Positions 24,817 to 26,091 of a stretch of 26,091 nt of DNA are shown piece by piece. The notes under the pieces are model-generated. The model searched no databases. It worked only from the letters and a program-made list of their open reading frames with translations, and was not told the origin of the DNA. A program made the position numbers and the translations under genes. Source of the DNA: a virus (taxonomy: Duplodnaviria; Caudoviricetes); the IMG/VR virus record IMGVR_UViG_3300042464_000002, positions 1-26,091 of that record. One strand, written 5' to 3'. Numbering within the stretch: the stretch's first letter is position 1; every line of letters begins with the position of its first letter.

Positions 24817-26091
24817 TTTCGGATAATGATTTCGTTAAGCGGAACATCAAACGACTTCGACGGAAAAGTGGCTCGTCGTTCCTCTGGCGACATAAAACGT
24901 CTCGCCTCTGCCGCCCGTGCTTCTACCTCTCCTGCGCTTCGGACGTATTGCGTGTATTTGTCAGGATATTTCTTCAGTTTTTCAGCGGCTTGCTGATGTT
25001 CGCCAAGCAATAACAACAAGTTTGGGTCTTTTTCTCCAAATTCTTTCACTTTTTTAATCATATCCGGGCGCGACAAGTTCAAGACTTTGCCCTCTGCAAT
25101 CGGGTAGCCCATTTCTCTCATTCGATTGGCAATAGCCATTTCCCGCATTGACTTGGCAAACGCTACATTTTTTAGTTTTGCGGGGATCGCTTTGTCCCTA
25201 AATTCTTTCGGGTTTGCGCCTCGCTGAAACCCTTCACGTCGTTGAATTGCGTGCTGCAATTCGTGAATCCCGACTCCCGCCAAAGCCTCCTCTGACGGTG
25301 CCTCCACAATCAAAGTTTCGCCAAGAAGTTTTGGCCCTTCATCAGTTTGTATGTGCATTGCTTCATACGAACCGCGTCCTTTCGGGCCTTTCAAACCAAA
25401 CTGTTGGACTTTGGCAAGGTCGGGATACGCCTCAAGCAATTCCGGGTGTTCTATCGCCACATCCGACAATCGTTGTTCTGATGGCGCGATATGAGTGAAC
25501 TTACCCTTTGCGCCCACATCACTAATTTCCTGCCGCCACTCCCTATCAGGGCCGCGATACGTTCCCGTTTCTTTCCATATCGTTTCTGGGTCAACCCCAT
25601 ACGCTTCCATTGCTAAAGCGCGGTCGGCTTCCTTTTGATTCCATGTTTTTGCTGACTTACCGATAAAAATGTCGCGCCGCATTGTGCCGCCTTTTTGCAA
25701 CGCGGCGGCTATCCGTAGCGGGTTAACAAACTCACCCGCGAATTGACCCATTGCCCGTGGGCTTTCAAACGCCTCTACAACTGGGTCAACAACAACCGCT
25801 TTAGCCGTCTGTACGGGCTGCGTGACCAGAGCCTTACCCAATGCACCAACCCCCTGCGCCGTAGCGTCTAGACGCGGTGTAGGGGCGCGTGCGGCGGCGG
25901 CTTGGGCGTACTCTGCCGTCGTCATGCGCCCGATGTTGGGGTCGCTCGTAAAGGCTTCGTGGGCGAGTTCACCGACATCCCGTGCGCGGTCTGCGAGGGT
26001 ATCGACTACCCCGCCACCGAAGTCAGCGGCACGGTCGCGCATCTGCTGGAGATAGTTGAGCGCGGCGGCAACCCGTGATGGCGCAGGGCGA
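24813..26091 (-). CDS. Polyvalent-type protein: LPD23-like domain plus zincin-like HExxH domain; 5' end probably outside window
   Basis: A..ME..G.D.ETIWKETG..RG.D..WRQEISD (about 25520-25630) resembles LPD23; HELQH at 25251-25265 and Y.RSAGEVEAR downstream; the frame is open from ATG 26042 to the window edge. Confidence 0.7.
   Translation of the reverse strand, partial: RPAPSRVAAALNYLQQMRDRAADFGGGVVDTLADRARDVGELAHEAFTSDPNIGRMTTAEYAQAAAARAPTPRLDATAQGVGALGKALVTQPVQTAKAVVVDPVVEAFESPRAMGQFAGEFVNPLRIAAALQKGGTMRRDIFIGKSAKTWNQKEADRALAMEAYGVDPETIWKETGTYRGPDREWRQEISDVGAKGKFTHIAPSEQRLSDVAIEHPELLEAYPDLAKVQQFGLKGPKGRGSYEAMHIQTDEGPKLLGETLIVEAPSEEALAGVGIHELQHAIQRREGFQRGANPKEFRDKAIPAKLKNVAFAKSMREMAIANRMREMGYPIAEGKVLNLSRPDMIKKVKEFGEKDPNLLLLLGEHQQAAEKLKKYPDKYTQYVRSAGEVEARAAEARRFMSPEERRATFPSKSFDVPLNEIIIRK

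Overview
A contiguous, minus-strand late (morphogenesis and lysis) module of a tailed dsDNA phage with podovirus-type organisation: no tape measure, sheath or tube genes. In transcription order (right to left): LPD23-like/HExxH polyvalent-type protein (5' end probably outside the window), terS, terL, three small proteins, portal, hypothetical, scaffold, major capsid protein (MCP), capsid decoration protein, DUF115/Maf-like enzyme, two hypothetical proteins, head-tail adaptor, tail nozzle, GNAT-like protein, a 1123-aa Gly/Gln-rich protein with an S74 chaperone domain, putative ejection proteins, tail fibre with S74 chaperone, small accessory/membrane genes, holin and the start of a probable M15 endolysin. 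The main result: the MCP gene is split by a compact 243-nt, ORF-less group I intron (17877..18119, minus). P1 with the U.G splice-site wobble, P10, P3, P5-P8, the P7 G-site and the terminal omega-G can all be read from the sequence. Removing it joins ...AVNQDA to a 24-aa exon (IVKLIGWAGNLTCSGSQFQGVLIA*) that the ORF track missed. Family assignments come from motif recognition and synteny only; no searches were run.
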